From NCBI GenBank assembly GCA_951406725.2, contig OX597837.1, positions 42,718,001-42,782,000 of the forward strand: a DNA stretch of 64,000 nucleotides. Direction: 5' to 3'. The notes beneath the pieces are model-generated. The model searched no databases. It saw only the letters and a program-made list of their open reading frames with translations, and had not been told where the DNA came from. This document shows, piece after piece, positions 27,157 through 40,334 of the stretch (positions within the stretch are counted from its first letter, which is position 1; every line of letters begins with the position of its first letter). A program made the translations under genes and the position numbers. The stretch is from Octopus vulgaris (taxonomy: Eukaryota).

Positions 27157-27412
27157 GTATGTATGTATGTATTTTTGTATGTATGTATGTATGTGTGTAT
27201 TGTGTATGTATGTATTTATGTATGTATATATGTATGTATATGTATGTATGTATTATGTATGTATGTATGTGTGTGTGTATGTATGTATGTATGTACGCAT
27301 GTATGTATGTATATATGTATGTATGTATGTATGTATATGTATGTATATGTATGTATGTATTATGTATGTATGCATGTATGTATGCATGTATGTATGTATG
27401 TATGTATGTATG

Positions 27413-27444
<32 letters not shown>

Positions 27445-27482
27445 TGTATCTATGTACGTATGTATGTATGTATGTATGTGTG
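27070..27482. repeat. (ATGT)n microsatellite
   Basis: Direct reading. Confidence 0.95.
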
Positions 27483-27988
27483 TATTTACTCGTATGTCCG
27501 TCCGTGTTTACACGTATATACTTATGTATTTATGTGTGTAGAAAACAAAGAACTTGAGAAAGAGAAACAGAATAGAGAAACGGAAAGAGAGAGATAAGTA
27601 TTCTGGTCACGGGGTCAAAGAAAAACAAGATCTCACCGGAAATGAAATTTAACAGTGAAGAAAGGAAATGTTGCCTATTTAAAATATCAGCTATTTTTGC
27701 CTTCTTTTAATTCTATCTTTCTACATAACTTGTTGCTTATTGTTGAAGTTAAAGAGGAAAGATTCTACACGCGACCACCCGGCTGATATCAAGATCTCTT
27801 GGCGTGGCGGCATTGGTAAGATAGTTTCCAACGCTACGTGGTGTCCTCCTAGCGGTCGGTTGATACAAGGGAGATAATCATTTCTTCGTCAAAAAGAAAG
27901 ACTTCACCCAAGTACTAATTCCAAAAGACCATCTCGTTAATTTTACAACGTTCCCGCTGTTTAAACCGGAGAGATATACTTTAGCCGC

Positions 27989-28222
27989 GGTGGCGAGCTA
28001 GCAGAAACGTTAGCACGCTGGGCGAAATGCTTAGCGGTCTTTCGTCTGCCATTACGTTCTGAGTTCAAATTCTGCCGAGGTCGACTTTGCCTTTCATCCT
28101 TTCGGGGTCGATAAATTAAGTACCAGTTACGCACTGGGGTCGATGTAATCGACTTAATCCCTTTGTCTGTCCTTGTTTGTCCTCTCTGTGTTTATCCCCT
28201 TGTGGGTAGTAAAGAAATAGGT
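27989..28222 (+). mobile_element. SINE family C
   Basis: Full-length copy. Confidence 0.9.
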
Positions 28223-28891
28223 ATTTTGTCTGCCGTTATGCCGTTATGGGTAGAAAAGAAATAGGTATCTATTTGTCCTGAGTATGACTTTAAGCTGCAT
28301 CCAGTCGTGGGGCCCTGGGTCGGAAGTTTCAGGGTTTTGAGGAGAATCGAACCACCTTTTCGCCACTACTGTTCCCAGGTCTATTCTGACCCGGAGTTGC
28401 TGCACCTACTCCGGGTCCCAGCTATGAGTTAAATACCAAGTAAACACATGAACCAGAGTATGTTGAAATCACAGGATCAGCAGAGGGGATGTGAACAATT
28501 TCGACAAAATGAACTTGTTGAATCAAAGACGAATTTCACTGGATGCTGAGCAGAGAAATAGACAATAAACCGAGAGGTAATATCTATCCCCACTTAAACG
28601 TAGATGTTCTGTTAGTACAAACTATACTGCGGTAGTTACCACGAGAGAACCTCTCATATTGGTTTTTTTATGCAAAATGCACTCTTGTTTACATAGCTAG
28701 CGAGGAAGCAAATCCCCGCTAGTTCCAGTGCCGAGGCCACCGGAATACGTGCTTTCGACCTTGTTTGGTCTTGTCAATGATGGGCACTCGACCGCTAGAA
28801 GCAGCAGGGAGTCATCTCCTCGCCAGCGATATATATATATATTGACACTACCAGAAGAAGCGCTGGTGTCGCGATTAGCCAGTGAACTTGT

Positions 28892-28936
<45 letters not shown>

Positions 28937-28974
28937 TGATCAAAATAAAATAAAAACATGATGCGAAGGATTCA

Positions 28975-29052
28975 GCGGTACATATGTTTCGGGCCTTTAT
29001 TAGACAGATTTATAACAATGCATAATGTATGTCTGTGGCCTTCTTCAGCCGC
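28975..29052 (-). ncRNA. Type-I hammerhead ribozyme motif, complete core
   Basis: Minus: gcgg CTGAAGA a ggcc [41-nt insert with acaga/tctgt pairing] ggcc c GAAA c atat g TA ccgc. Confidence 0.75.
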
Positions 29053-29080
29053 GCACAACAGCTTCCACAAGGACATGTGT

Positions 29081-29128
<48 letters not shown>

Positions 29129-29393
29129 CGATAGAGGCTGTATTAATGCCGACAGGTAATACTTATGCCCACTCAAATGGTATGTTAGCACAAACTATAC
29201 CTTGCAAATATACCTTTTAGAGAACAAACTGTCAACATTTAGAGAACAAATGGACTGTGAGGATCAACCAATTCATTTAGCGAATTATTGTTGTCATCTG
29301 TAATCGTAGCATGCGCAGATGAGATATTTTAACTAGCGAAAGATCAATGTGACCAAATCCTGGGCCAAATATTCATACTCCATCGCTCGAGGG

Positions 29394-29420
29394 CAGGAGT
29401 CACCAAACTACGGCCCGCTG
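29394..29420 (+). mobile_element. Charlie/Buster-like hAT left terminus
   Basis: caggagtcaccaaactacggcccgc resembles the CAGGGGTCGGCAAACTACGGCCCGC type end. Confidence 0.6.
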
Positions 29421-29596
29421 AACTGCCCCTTTTGTGTAAGTACCTGCAATGAGAGTTCATTCCTGCAGCCAAAGGACCCGGGAACAGGGGCTTCAGGTCG
29501 TGCGCTTGCACCCACTAAAGTTTTTAAGGGGCACAAAATCAAAATTTGCACCCCTAAATAGTGTCTAAAAATTGATATGTAAAAAGTTGCTTGAAG

Positions 29597-29638
<42 letters not shown>

Positions 29639-29871
29639 AAAATATAAAATACACGTGGAAATGTAAGGGTAAAATACGAAAAATCAACGAAAATGCATAT
29701 TGTAAATAAAAAAAAAGACTTTTTATGACAGGTAACGACAGATATATACATTTAGATGGACTGAGGTAGTAATAAGAGTCATAAAAGTCATTATTATGAG
29801 ATGATTAAAAAGTCAGAAAACAAAGCATACCATGGTTTCCGCAAAACTATTCATTGCTTCGTATACACCGG

Positions 29872-29924
<53 letters not shown>

Positions 29925-31166
29925 TGTTTTGGTATCTAGAAGACCCAAAAGGCAGGTAAGGCTATGTAAGTGCTACGGAAAGGCCGCTGTTACACTCCCG
30001 GTTCAATAATAGAATGAATGAGGAGTTTAAGGCAGGTCGTATATATAGTTATGGTATATTCCATGAGGAACGAGATAGAGTACAGTATAAAGCTCTGTCC
30101 ACCTTCAGAATTGTCCAGTACCACCCAGTAGTATTATTATATACTTCCAAGTTTAAGTTTGGGTATTCGTCGTGTGTGTATAAAAAATTGAAGAAATTGG
30201 AGTCGACAAGAAGGAGTACGGTTGGACATTTATATTTTAATCGGTACAATTATTTCGAGTTCTCTAAGAATATAGGTATTTGATTATGCAACTGTCTCTT
30301 TGCATAATGAGATCTAGTTGTGTTTCCTCAGGCGATATGCGAGCGTTGTCTCCGTTAATTGAAAATCGTCGACTTCATCTGTCGTGGTTTGAATTTAGCA
30401 GTAGCTGATAGACTCATGATATGATATCTTGTAACGATGTCGAACAAGTAAGTTTTAATAAGTTAATCCAAAATAATTCCTGCACGAATATGGTTTTATA
30501 TGCTAATCACTGCTTTGATATCCATTTCGCAATAATTCGATATATAAAGAGTTATTAGCTTTAAAAATTTTCAAATTTGGGTAATTTTAGCCAATTGTAA
30601 GCCACAGACCCATTCATGCCTGTTTCCATAGTAACAAGCCAAGTATGAGAATTCTTTTGTCTGCGAGAAAGCACGTGTTGACAAATATATTCCAGTCACC
30701 GAGGTGGTAGTCAGATATGCTGAAAATTGCTGCCAAATAGGCCTTAAATCACTCACTAAAAAAAATTTTGTTTTATGTTTGGATAATCGTATGAATTCCC
30801 GTGTGTAGAATACAACTTCGCAAAAATTTCTTTAAAATTCCAGAAAATAAAAAAAAGTTACGAGGTGTTATATGGCATGCCTAAAGCAGAATTTTATTTG
30901 TTTACAGTCGACAACTTGTGCTGTTACACACAAAATGACAACTTCCAAATCTTGTTTTCTGACTGGATGAAAATTATCAAACTTTAAACTACTATAACTT
31001 TAAAAAAAATCTTTCTGGAAAAAGTGAAATATCTCCAGAAACTCAGCTAGGAAAACTACAAAACTTCCAAATATAATATTCCTGACTAGTCTTCGGAGGC
31101 ACTAGAATTATTTCTGGACGATTTTTTACCGCCTAAACATTTCGCTTGGCCCAATGCTGCTTCCCA

Positions 31167-31224
31167 TTTGATGGTGCAAGTACTTCGAGTGGAATCATTT
31201 CGGGTTTACAAAAGAGATTAAAAA
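31167..31224 (+). pseudogene. ZMYM1/Tip100-type hAT transposase remnant
   Basis: FDGASTSSGIISGLQKRLK resembles the DGASNMSG..GVQ.RI motif; possible terminus cagggg...gcacccactaaag at 29485. Confidence 0.55.
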
Positions 31225-31448
31225 ACATGCTGTTATTCGTTCTAGAAAGTGTTGATGCTAATGCAGCTAATTCTGTCTTCTACGTATGGAAAAGAGCTTC
31301 ATTACAAAACAGTTTCTAATCTCGTTTTGGTAATGAAACTTTCCATGAGGATCTGTAAAGCATTTTCATTGCAGAAGTTTTTATGCACATGCATTATGGC
31401 GCAGTGTGTTAGACTTATTCACATTTAGTTTGTCATGTTTATATACTT

Positions 31449-31756
31449 GGAAGCGCAATGGCCCAGCGGTTAGGGCAGCGGACTCGCGGTCGGAGGATCG
31501 CAGTTTCGATTCCCAGACCGGGCGTTGTGTGTGTTTATTGAGCGAAAACACCTAAAAGCTCCACGAGGCTCCGCCAGGGGTCGCTGGCGAATCCTGTTGT
31601 ACTCTGTCGCCACAACTTTTTCTCACTCTTGCTTTCTGTTTCTTGAGTAACGCTGCGATGGACTGGTGTCCCGTCCAGCTAGGGGGAATAGATACGTTAC
31701 AGAAACCGAGCCCATGAGCCTGGCTAGGCTTGAAAAGGGCGTAAAAAAGAAAAAGA
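31449..31756 (+). mobile_element. tRNA-derived SINE family D (head 1 + tail X)
   Basis: gcgcaatggcccagcggttagggc head; ...gagcctggctaggcttgaaaagggc tail. Confidence 0.9.
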
Positions 31757-32355
31757 GATGTTTATATAGATGTCAAAATAATTTTGAAAAATTATCATTT
31801 TTCTAAAACTTTTTTGGTAGAATATTCAAAGTGTAAATAAACAATTGTTTTTCTGTTTCAGACCCTGTTTTCTTCACACATCGTTCTTAGTATAAAAAAA
31901 AAAGCAGATGCTGAGTGTCGCCTTTTCAATGAAGAATTGGGGAAAAAAAGTACTTCTTTGTGGAAACAAACAACCAGAAAGTAAGTTGCATGACAGGCAA
32001 AAAAAAAAAAAAAAAAAAAGTGTTGCCGTTTTGAAAGAACAACCTTCGGCGTCACTATGAGTCAAAACATCTGCCAAAAAATATTCGAAGTTTTCTGAAA
32101 TGTTGCGTTCTGAGAAATTTAAGTTAATGAAACGTAGTTTGGAATCTCAAAGGAATCTCTTCACGAGAATGTTTGCTGAAAATGATTCTGTCACTCGTAC
32201 AATTTACAAAATAGAGCATAAGATGGCAGAGCGAGGAAAACCGTTTACTAACGGTAACTTCATCAAAGAGTGTATGTATGATGGAAGCAGCAGATGACTT
32301 GTGTCCTGAGAAAGTCGATTTGTTTGGAAGTATCAGCCTTTTTAACAAGTCACTT

Positions 32356-32687
32356 GTGCACATGGCTCAGTGGTTAGAGCGTCGAGCTTACGATCGTGAG
32401 GTTGTGAGTTCGATTCTCGGACCGGGCTGCGTGTTGTGTTCTTGAGCAAGACACTTTATTTCACGTTGCTCCAGTTAACTCAGCTGTAGAAATGAATTGC
32501 GACATCACTGGTGCCTAGCTGTATCGGCCCCTTTGCCTTTCCCTTGGATAACATTGGTGGTGTGGAGAGAGAGCTGGTATGCATGGGTAACTGCTGGTCT
32601 TCTTTGAACAACCTTGCTCGGACTTGTGCCTCGGAGGGTAACTTTCTAGGTGCAATCCCATGGTCATTCATGACCGAAGGGGGTCTC
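32356..32687 (+). mobile_element. tRNA-derived SINE family D (head 2 + tail Z), nested in the hAT
   Basis: A/B boxes; interrupts the transposase after SISL. Confidence 0.9.
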
Positions 32688-32943
32688 CTCTGTGCGGAGA
32701 ACAGAAGAACTTGAGAGAACATAGTGCCACAGATACGCGAGAAAGCTTGGAAATTCTTGTAGTATTCTTTGGCGCTGGATGAGTCTACCGATCTCTCGCG
32801 TACGTCACAACTTCTCGTGTTCATTTGTGGTGTTAATTTGGATTCTCAGATCGCAGAAGAATTGGCATCCGTTTGCAGCATGCAGGGTACAACAACTGGA
32901 GAAAACATTTTCATAGGTTATAACCTTCAGTGGAATAAAAAAA

Positions 32944-33334
32944 GGAGGCGCAATGGCCCAGTGGTTAGGGCAGCGGACTCGCGGTCATAGGATCGCGGTT
33001 TCGATTCCCAGACCGGGCGTTGTGAGTGTTTATTGAGCGAAAACACCTAAAAGCTCCACGAGGCTCCGGCAGGGGATGGTGGTGATCCCTGCTGTACTCT
33101 TTCACCACAACTTTCTCTCACTCTTACTTCCTGTTTCTGCTGTAACCTGTATTTCAAAGGACCGGCCTTGTCACTCTCTGTGTCACGCTGAATATCCCCG
33201 AGAACTACGTTAAGGGTACACGTGTCTGTGGAGTGCTCAGCCACTTACACGTTAATTTCACGAGCAGGCTGTTCCGTTGATTCGGATCAACCGGAACCCT
33301 CGTCGTCGTAACTGACGGAGTGCTTCCGTTCCAT
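32944..33334 (+). mobile_element. tRNA-derived SINE family D (head 1 + tail Y), nested in the hAT
   Basis: 13-bp TSD tggaataaaaaaa (32931-32943 / 33335-33347). Confidence 0.93.
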
Positions 33335-33884
33335 TGGAATAAAAAAAACATGGCTAGAGTGAGGAAGGATCAGGTGGGGAAGATCTCGACTAAGTTGGAA
33401 GATTTTCAGCCCCCGGGTGCTCTGTTTATACACTGCAGTATACATCAGCAAGCGCTCTGTGGAAAAGACTTAGACATTTTTTGCGTACTGAAACCCGTCG
33501 ATTCTGCGGTGGACTTCATTCGGTGTCATGCACTTAATCACAGCCAGTTCCAGGCTTTTCTTGAAGAAATTTATTCTGGATTCTGTGATTTGTCTTATCA
33601 CATAGCAGTGAGGTAGCTCAGCTGCGGTAAAGTCCTGTTTCATTTTTATACGTTCCGAAGAAAAATAGATATTTTTCTTACCAAAAAGGATAGAACTGAT
33701 CCACTTCTGTCAGATCCTACTTGGTTCTCGAAGTTGTCATTTTTGGTTGACATCACATCCCTCATGAATGAATTGAACTTGAAACTTCAGGAAAAGGGTA
33801 ACTTCATCTGTGGTCTCTACAGAATCATCAAAGGATTTCGGGAGAAAGCTATCATTGTTTGAAGTACAAGTGGAAGGAGGAAAC

Positions 33885-34070
33885 TTCTTTCATTTTGAAG
33901 GCCAGATTTTCCTAGTTAACTAAAAAATTTGAAACTTCGTATACTGGTAGAATGTGTCAAAAGAAAACATTATTGTAAACAAAATTGAAAACAAAATTGT
34001 AATTCGTAACTTAAAGGTAGTTTAATTTTTACGAAGTTTAACCAATCTGGCCTTCAAAATGAAAAGATCC
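33885..34070. mobile_element. Short Merlin-like MITE nested in the hAT
   Basis: TSD GAGGAAAC (33877-33884 / 34071-34078); right TIR ...gaaaagatcc, left TIR lacks its first bases. Confidence 0.85.
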
Positions 34071-34393
34071 GAGGAAACTTTTGCTTTCGATGTTTCAAAG
34101 AGTTTCGCGCTAGAATCGCAGATGTCGACTTCGAGTTTCTGAAGAAGATTATTCGTGACTTATACAAGAATTTTATTGAGATATTTTTCAGTTCTTGACA
34201 TAATTGAGAATGACATTCTTCTGTTCTAGAATCCGTTTGATTGTAACCTTGACGACGGGCCAGTCGAACTTACAGTTGGAGCTCATTGATTTGCAGGTAA
34301 ATGACTTGCTGAAAGAGAAGCACTGAAAAGGAAAATTTGTTGAATTTTATCGCTGCTTACCTGATGATGAGTTTTCACATTTGAAGAAATTTG

Positions 34394-34838
34394 GGATCTT
34401 TTCGGTTTGAACGGCAGATTTTAACATAATTTCCACGTAACTAAAAAATTTTAAACTGGTAGAATGTGTTTATAAAACATCTTTTTCTCTTGGTTTTATT
34501 GAGAAAATTCTATAGTTTGTAAGATATTTGTTGTTCTTTTTCTGCAATTTCTGCAATTTCAACCAATCAGTGACGTCTATTGAGTTAAAAAGCATTCTGC
34601 GCCGTATGAAATGTCCCTCGTTTAAGAAACAGATTGGGTTTATTTACATTTCTGAAGAAAAAATACACCCTTCTCCCACCCCTAACCCTAGCCCTAACCC
34701 TAACCCTAACTAACCCTAACTCTAACCGTAACTCTAAAATAGATTGAAATGCAATAGATCGATACTAGGGTCATAATTATGGGTGACAATTTCATATGAC
34801 ACCGCTAGAAAAAACTGCCGTTCAAACCGAAAAGATCC
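34394..34838. mobile_element. Merlin-like MITE with an expanded (CCCTAA)n-like tract
   Basis: Both TIRs intact; tract at 34679-34737; flanks gaaatttg / gaaagtgg. Confidence 0.9.
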
Positions 34839-35699
34839 GAAAGTGGCATTGTTTTGGTCATTCGACCCTTACAAGGCAGTTTGTTGACAATTTTTTCCGC
34901 CTTGTAAAGGTAATATTACCCATTATTTCTGCTGCTATAACGGCAATGCTGCTTTCGAAAACATCGCCTTCTTGTCTGTATTGTACAAGCTTCCAACTGT
35001 TGCTGTAGGCTACTCACAATCTGTAGGATGATCAACTGATGCTGCAGGCCATTCATCATAATAATTAATAGCGAGAGAAGCATTATTAATATCAAAAGTT
35101 GATATTTAATCCCACTTAAAATCGGATGTTGCGTTGGAACATATATTACCTTCTGGTACTAACACAGCTTCTATCGTTATTAATTATATTTTAATAAGCT
35201 CACTGGCTAATTGCGACACCGGTGTCTAAATAGACGCTGATGAGGTCGACTTTCCTTTTTATCCTTTCAGGGTCGATTAAATAAGTACCAGTTACGCACT
35301 GGGGTCGATATAATCGACTTAGTCCGTTTGTCTGTCCTTGCTTTTCCTCTCTGTGTTTAGCCCCTTGTGGGCAGTAAAGAAATACATATTCTATAATATA
35401 TCGTTGACGGGGAAATCACTGCTACTTCTAGCCACGAACGTCTGCCATTGACAGGGCAAAGGAAGGCCGAAATCGCGCGATCTGGCAGTTTCGACGGCAA
35501 TACCGAAAGATTATCTCCCGCTTAACGCGAGTGCTTACATGCACCACAAGTCCGGATGAGAGGTTCTCTCGTGGTAAACAACGCAGTATTCTGTGATCTA
35601 ACATGACTTTAAGTTGGAGATAAATATTACCTTTTGTTATTGACACTGCTTCAGAAGCGATGAATTATATGTATGTAGGTTTGTATGTATTAATATATG

Positions 35700-35757
<58 letters not shown>

Positions 35758-36121
35758 ATCTCTCCCCCTCTTTCTCTATAGCAAAGGGTTCGATGTAATT
35801 GACTTATCCCCTCTTCGAAATTGCTGGCCTTGTGCCAAAATTTGAAACCTATATCTTTTCTATTATAGGCACACTTCGACTGCAGTGCTTCAACTGTTTT
35901 TTTTTTAATTTCACTGACCCACGAAAGGTATAAAAAAGCAAATTTACCTCGGCGGCATTTGAACTCTGAACGCAAAAACAACAACAACAACAACAACAAC
36001 GATTCTGCCAGCGATGTCAAAACTTTCATCGCTCAAACTGAGATGTGGCCACTGACAGCGTGACACTACTTCTTACATACGCTGTATTTACTCGTGTATA
36101 AATCGCACTATTTTATACTTG

Positions 36122-36328
<207 letters not shown>

Positions 36329-36909
36329 CGCCACCAGGGTGCGATTTATACACGAAAGAAAGCCAAAGCGGTATATGTACACAAGAGTGCCCCCACCCAC
36401 CCGATTTATACCCACATAACTTGCAGAAAATGGATGTTTTTTAATGAAATTTTCTACAAATATATTCTTCAGATGGTGTCAGTTCCGATTATATCGGAAT
36501 TTGTTGTGAAAGTAATAATAATAATAATAATAATTTCCGCGGGTGGGGAGAGGGGTTTTGGGCAAATTCACACGAGTAAGATTTGTTTCCCTGGAGCTTT
36601 CAGGAAAATGGCTACTTTTTTTATGAATTTTTCTGCAAGATTACGATTGCATGGGAATTGGATGTGAAAAAGACGATTAAAAAAAAAAATGGTGAACATG
36701 CACACATTCGTACAGACACATATCAGAATTGTTTTCAAAACTTAAAGTTCCATTTTGTAGATATATGCGATGTGTGTATGTGTTGGAAATTTCATCACAA
36801 AATTCCCATTTTTCTGAAAGTTATGAGGAAACAAAGTTAACTCATGTGAGTTTTTCAAAACCCCTCTCTCCACTTACGAAAAAAAAAAATCTTTTACACC
36901 ACATAATCC

Positions 36910-37313
36910 GCTGTGTGGTAAGTAGCTTGTTTACCAACCACATGGTGCCGGGTTCAGTCCCACTGCGTGGCACCTTGGGCAAGTGTCTTCTACTATATAG
37001 CCTCGAGCGGACCAAAGCCTTGTGAGTGGATTTGGTAGACGGAAACTGAAAGAAGCCCGTCGTATATATGTATATATATGTATGCGTGTGTGAGTTTGTG
37101 TGTCTGTGTTTGTCACCCTAGCATTGCTTGACAACCGATGCTGGTGTGTTTATGTCCCCGTTACTTAGCGGTTCGGCGAAAGAGACCGATAGAATAAGTA
37201 CTGGGCTTACAAAAGAATAAGTCCAGGGGTCGAGTTGCTCGACTAAAGGCGGTGCCCCAGCATGGCCGCAGTCGAATGACTGAAACAAGTTAAAGAATAA
37301 AAAAAAAGAAAAG
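36910..37313 (+). mobile_element. SINE family A
   Basis: Near full-length copy. Confidence 0.9.
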
Positions 37314-37500
37314 AATATAATCAGAATTCACACCATATGAAGCGTATCTGATGAACATCTCATTAAAAAAAATATCAATTTTCCCGAAAGTTATGAGGAA
37401 ACAAAATCGGTGGGGGCGCACTTGTGTAGGTATGCCGCTAAAGCCATGAAGGGGAAAAAATTGTACAAAGATTTAACACTTAGATTCAGTGTGTAACTTA

Positions 37501-37722
37501 CACGACAGGGTACTGGAAAGTTTCGGGTTTTGGGTAGAAGAAAATACAGGAGGATCAGTTAATTATGATTTTGTTCAATATATTCCCCTCTCCGATTCAC
37601 ACATTTATTGCAGAGGTCCTTCAGTTTTTCTAAGCCCAATAAAAGAACTCCGGGAAATTGCGCCTCCAGCTAGGCCTTTCGCAATACCCTTAAAACCAGG
37701 AACTTTTCAGCACTCTCTCATA
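37501..37722 (-). mobile_element. Mariner-derived MITE
   Basis: Imperfect TIRs; 37574-37633 (-) translates LEKLKDLCNKCVNRRGEYIE, a mariner C-terminus. Confidence 0.8.
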
Positions 37723-38532
37723 CCGAGTAAATACGGTAAATTAGGAATGACTTGGTTTCTATATCTAGCAGGTCAAGCGACCTCGTAGAAGCGCTGTCAC
37801 AAGCCCCCCCCAAAGCGTCACTCAATCTTTGTACTGAAGAATATCTATACGGTGTGAGGGTTTTAGCCGTATGTCATTCCGGAGAGGTGTCATGTTTCGA
37901 GTACATTTCCTGAAATGCGACGCCTCTGCTTTGATGCAATTAAAGAAGAATGGTTGGTCAAATTTACACACTTATTGCAGAGGTCCTTCAGTTTTTCTAA
38001 GCCCAATAAAAGAACTCGGGAATTTGCGCCTCCAGCTAGGCCTTTCGCAATACCCTTAAAACCAGGAACTTTTCAGCACTCCCTCATACCGAGTAAATAC
38101 GGTAAATTAGGAATGATTTGGTTTCTATATCTATTTCTTTACTACCCACAAGGGGCTAAACACAGAGAGGACAAACAAGGACAGACAAACGGATTAAGTC
38201 GATTATATCGACCCTAGTGCGCAACTGGTACTTATTTAATCGACCCCGAAAGGATGAAAGGCAAAGTCGACCTCGGCGGAATTTGAACTCAGAACGTAGC
38301 GCAGACGAAATACCACTAAGGTTTCTATATCTAGCAGGCCAAGCGACCTCGTAGAAGCGCTGTCACAAGCCCCCAAAAAGCGTCATTCAATCTTTGTACT
38401 GAAGAATATCTATACGGTGTGAGGGTTTTAGCCGTATGTCATTTCGGAGTGGTGTCGTGTTTCTTCGAGTACATTTCCCGAAATGCGATGCCTCTGCTTT
38501 GATGCAATTAAAGAAGAATGGTTTGTCAAATT
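37598..38532. repeat. Tandem duplication (~365-bp unit); second unit carries a family C SINE (38134-38319, -)
   Basis: Units start ~37598 and ~37965; 14-bp TSD ggtttctatatcta at 38120 and 38320, single copy at 37754 in unit 1. Confidence 0.93.
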
Positions 38533-39049
38533 CTGGATGAAATATAAGTATTTTTCCACCATAGTAACTGTATGAAATAAAAATAAAAATAAAAAAATGT
38601 CGTTTTCTTTTACACACAAGCTGGGAAAGATAAACTTGCGTAGTTTCGTCACCGCTTCTCTTCTAACTGCCAACTTAAGAGAGAAAGACAGGCGCACCAA
38701 ATCAATTTGTTCACATCTGTCTCAACTGTTTTGTAATCAATAGTGGTGCTTTGCCAGCGATTAATTTTCACAAGAGAGAGAAATCTATATATTATTCCTA
38801 TCTTATTGACAGTAATTGCTTGTTCAAAACAGTCAAAAGATGCGTGTTTCTGTTATATATATATATATATATTATGCACACGTACATACGCCAATACAAG
38901 CGTTCACGTGTGTTCGTTCACACACAAGCGAGCCGCCACGCGCATGTACATACATCTTTGTACGTACGTACGTACGTATGTACGTATGTATGTATGTATG
39001 TATGTATGTATGTATGTATGTATGTATGTATGTATGTATGTATGTATGT

Positions 39050-39368
39050 GAGGGCGCGTGGCTTAGTGGTTAGGGCATTCGGCTCATGATCGTAAGGTTG
39101 TGAGTTCGATTCCCGGCGACGCGTTGTGTCCTTGAGCAAGACACTTTATTTCATGTTGCTCCAGTCCACTCAGCTGGCAAAAATAAGTTGTACTTGTATT
39201 TCAAAGGGTCAGCCTTGTCACTCTCTGTGTCACGCTGATTATCCCCGAGAACTACGTTAAGGGTACACGTGTCTGTGGAATGCTCAGCCATTTGCACGTT
39301 AATTTCACGAGCAAGCTGTTCCGTTGATCGTATCAGCTGGGACCCTCGTCGTCGTAACCGGCGGAGTC
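39050..39368 (+). mobile_element. tRNA-derived SINE family D (head 2 + tail Y) inside (ATGT)n
   Basis: Tail homologous to 33145-33322. Confidence 0.9.
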
Positions 39369-39534
39369 TTTAATGTATGTATGTATGTATGTATGTATGT
39401 ATGTATGTATGTATGTGTACGTATGTACGTACGCAAGAGCGTGTATATATGTGTATGTTAATATGTATGCGTAAAAATATGTGTATATATAAATAAAGCA
39501 AGCTACATTTACGAGAAGAAAAATAATGATAACG

Positions 39535-39925
39535 GTTTCAGATTTTGGTGCAAGGCAAGTAATTTCAAAGGATGTGTATAGACGATTACATCGACCCCAG
39601 TACGTTACTGGTACTTATTTTATCTACCCTGAAAGGATGAAAAGTAAAGTCGACCTCGGTGGATATTGAACTCAGAACGCACCGACAGACAAAATGGTGC
39701 TAAATAATGATAATTAATATTATAGGCACAACGCCTGAAATTTGGCGGAGGAGGCTAGACGGTTGCATCGATCCTAGTTCTCAAATGAGTACTTATTTTA
39801 TCGCTTCCGAAAGGATGAAGGACAAAGTCGACCTCGGCGGAATTTGAACTCAGAACGTAAAGACGGACGAAATGCCGCTAAGCATTTCCCCAGCGTGCTA
39901 ACGATTCTGTCACCTCGCCGACTTA
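39535..39925 (-). mobile_element. Two family C-related SINEs with an alternative tail
   Basis: Nin-like core with an aggcacaa..cctgaaattt end. Confidence 0.8.
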
Positions 39926-39949
39926 GTAACGATGACGATTATTATTATT

Positions 39950-39980
<31 letters not shown>

Positions 39981-39992
39981 GTTATTATTGTT

Positions 39993-40334
39993 GTTGGCGT
40001 ATCGCGGTTGGCGTATCGCGGTTGGCGTATCGCGGTTTCGATTCCCAGACCGGGCGTTGTGTGTGTTTATTGAGCGAAAACACCTAAAAGCTCCACGAGG
40101 CTCTGGCAGGGGGTGGTGGGGACCCCTATTGTACTCTTTCGCCACAACTTTCTCTCACTCTCTCTTCCTGTTTCTTGAGTAACGCTGCGATGGACTGGTC
40201 GTCCCGTCCAGCTGGGTGGGGGGACATACGCCACAGAAACCGGGAAACCGGGCCCATAAGCCTGGCTAGGCTTGAAAAGGGCAAGAAGAAGAAGAAGAAG
40301 AAGAAGAAGAAGAAGAAGAAGAAGAAGAAGAAGA
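39993..40334 (+). mobile_element. 5'-truncated family D SINE (head 1 + tail X) with (AAG)n tail
   Basis: Homologous to 31496-31741. Confidence 0.9.

Larger units (their letters stand above)
31894..34393 (+). pseudogene. Decayed hAT (Charlie/Buster, GTF2IRD2-like) transposase with nested insertions
   Basis: KKKADAECRLFNEE, LRRHYESKH, GKPFTNGNFIKECM, YSLALDESTD, HCSIHQQALC, VR*LSCGKVL, LVDITSLMNELNLKLQ, LELIDLQ; stops and frameshifts; C-terminus missing. Confidence 0.92.

Noticed and set aside
32944-33020. Possible tRNA gene
   Set aside because: No acceptor stem or terminator; it is a SINE head with body and TSD
34679-34737. Telomere or fusion site
   Set aside because: Short, degenerate and internal to a MITE
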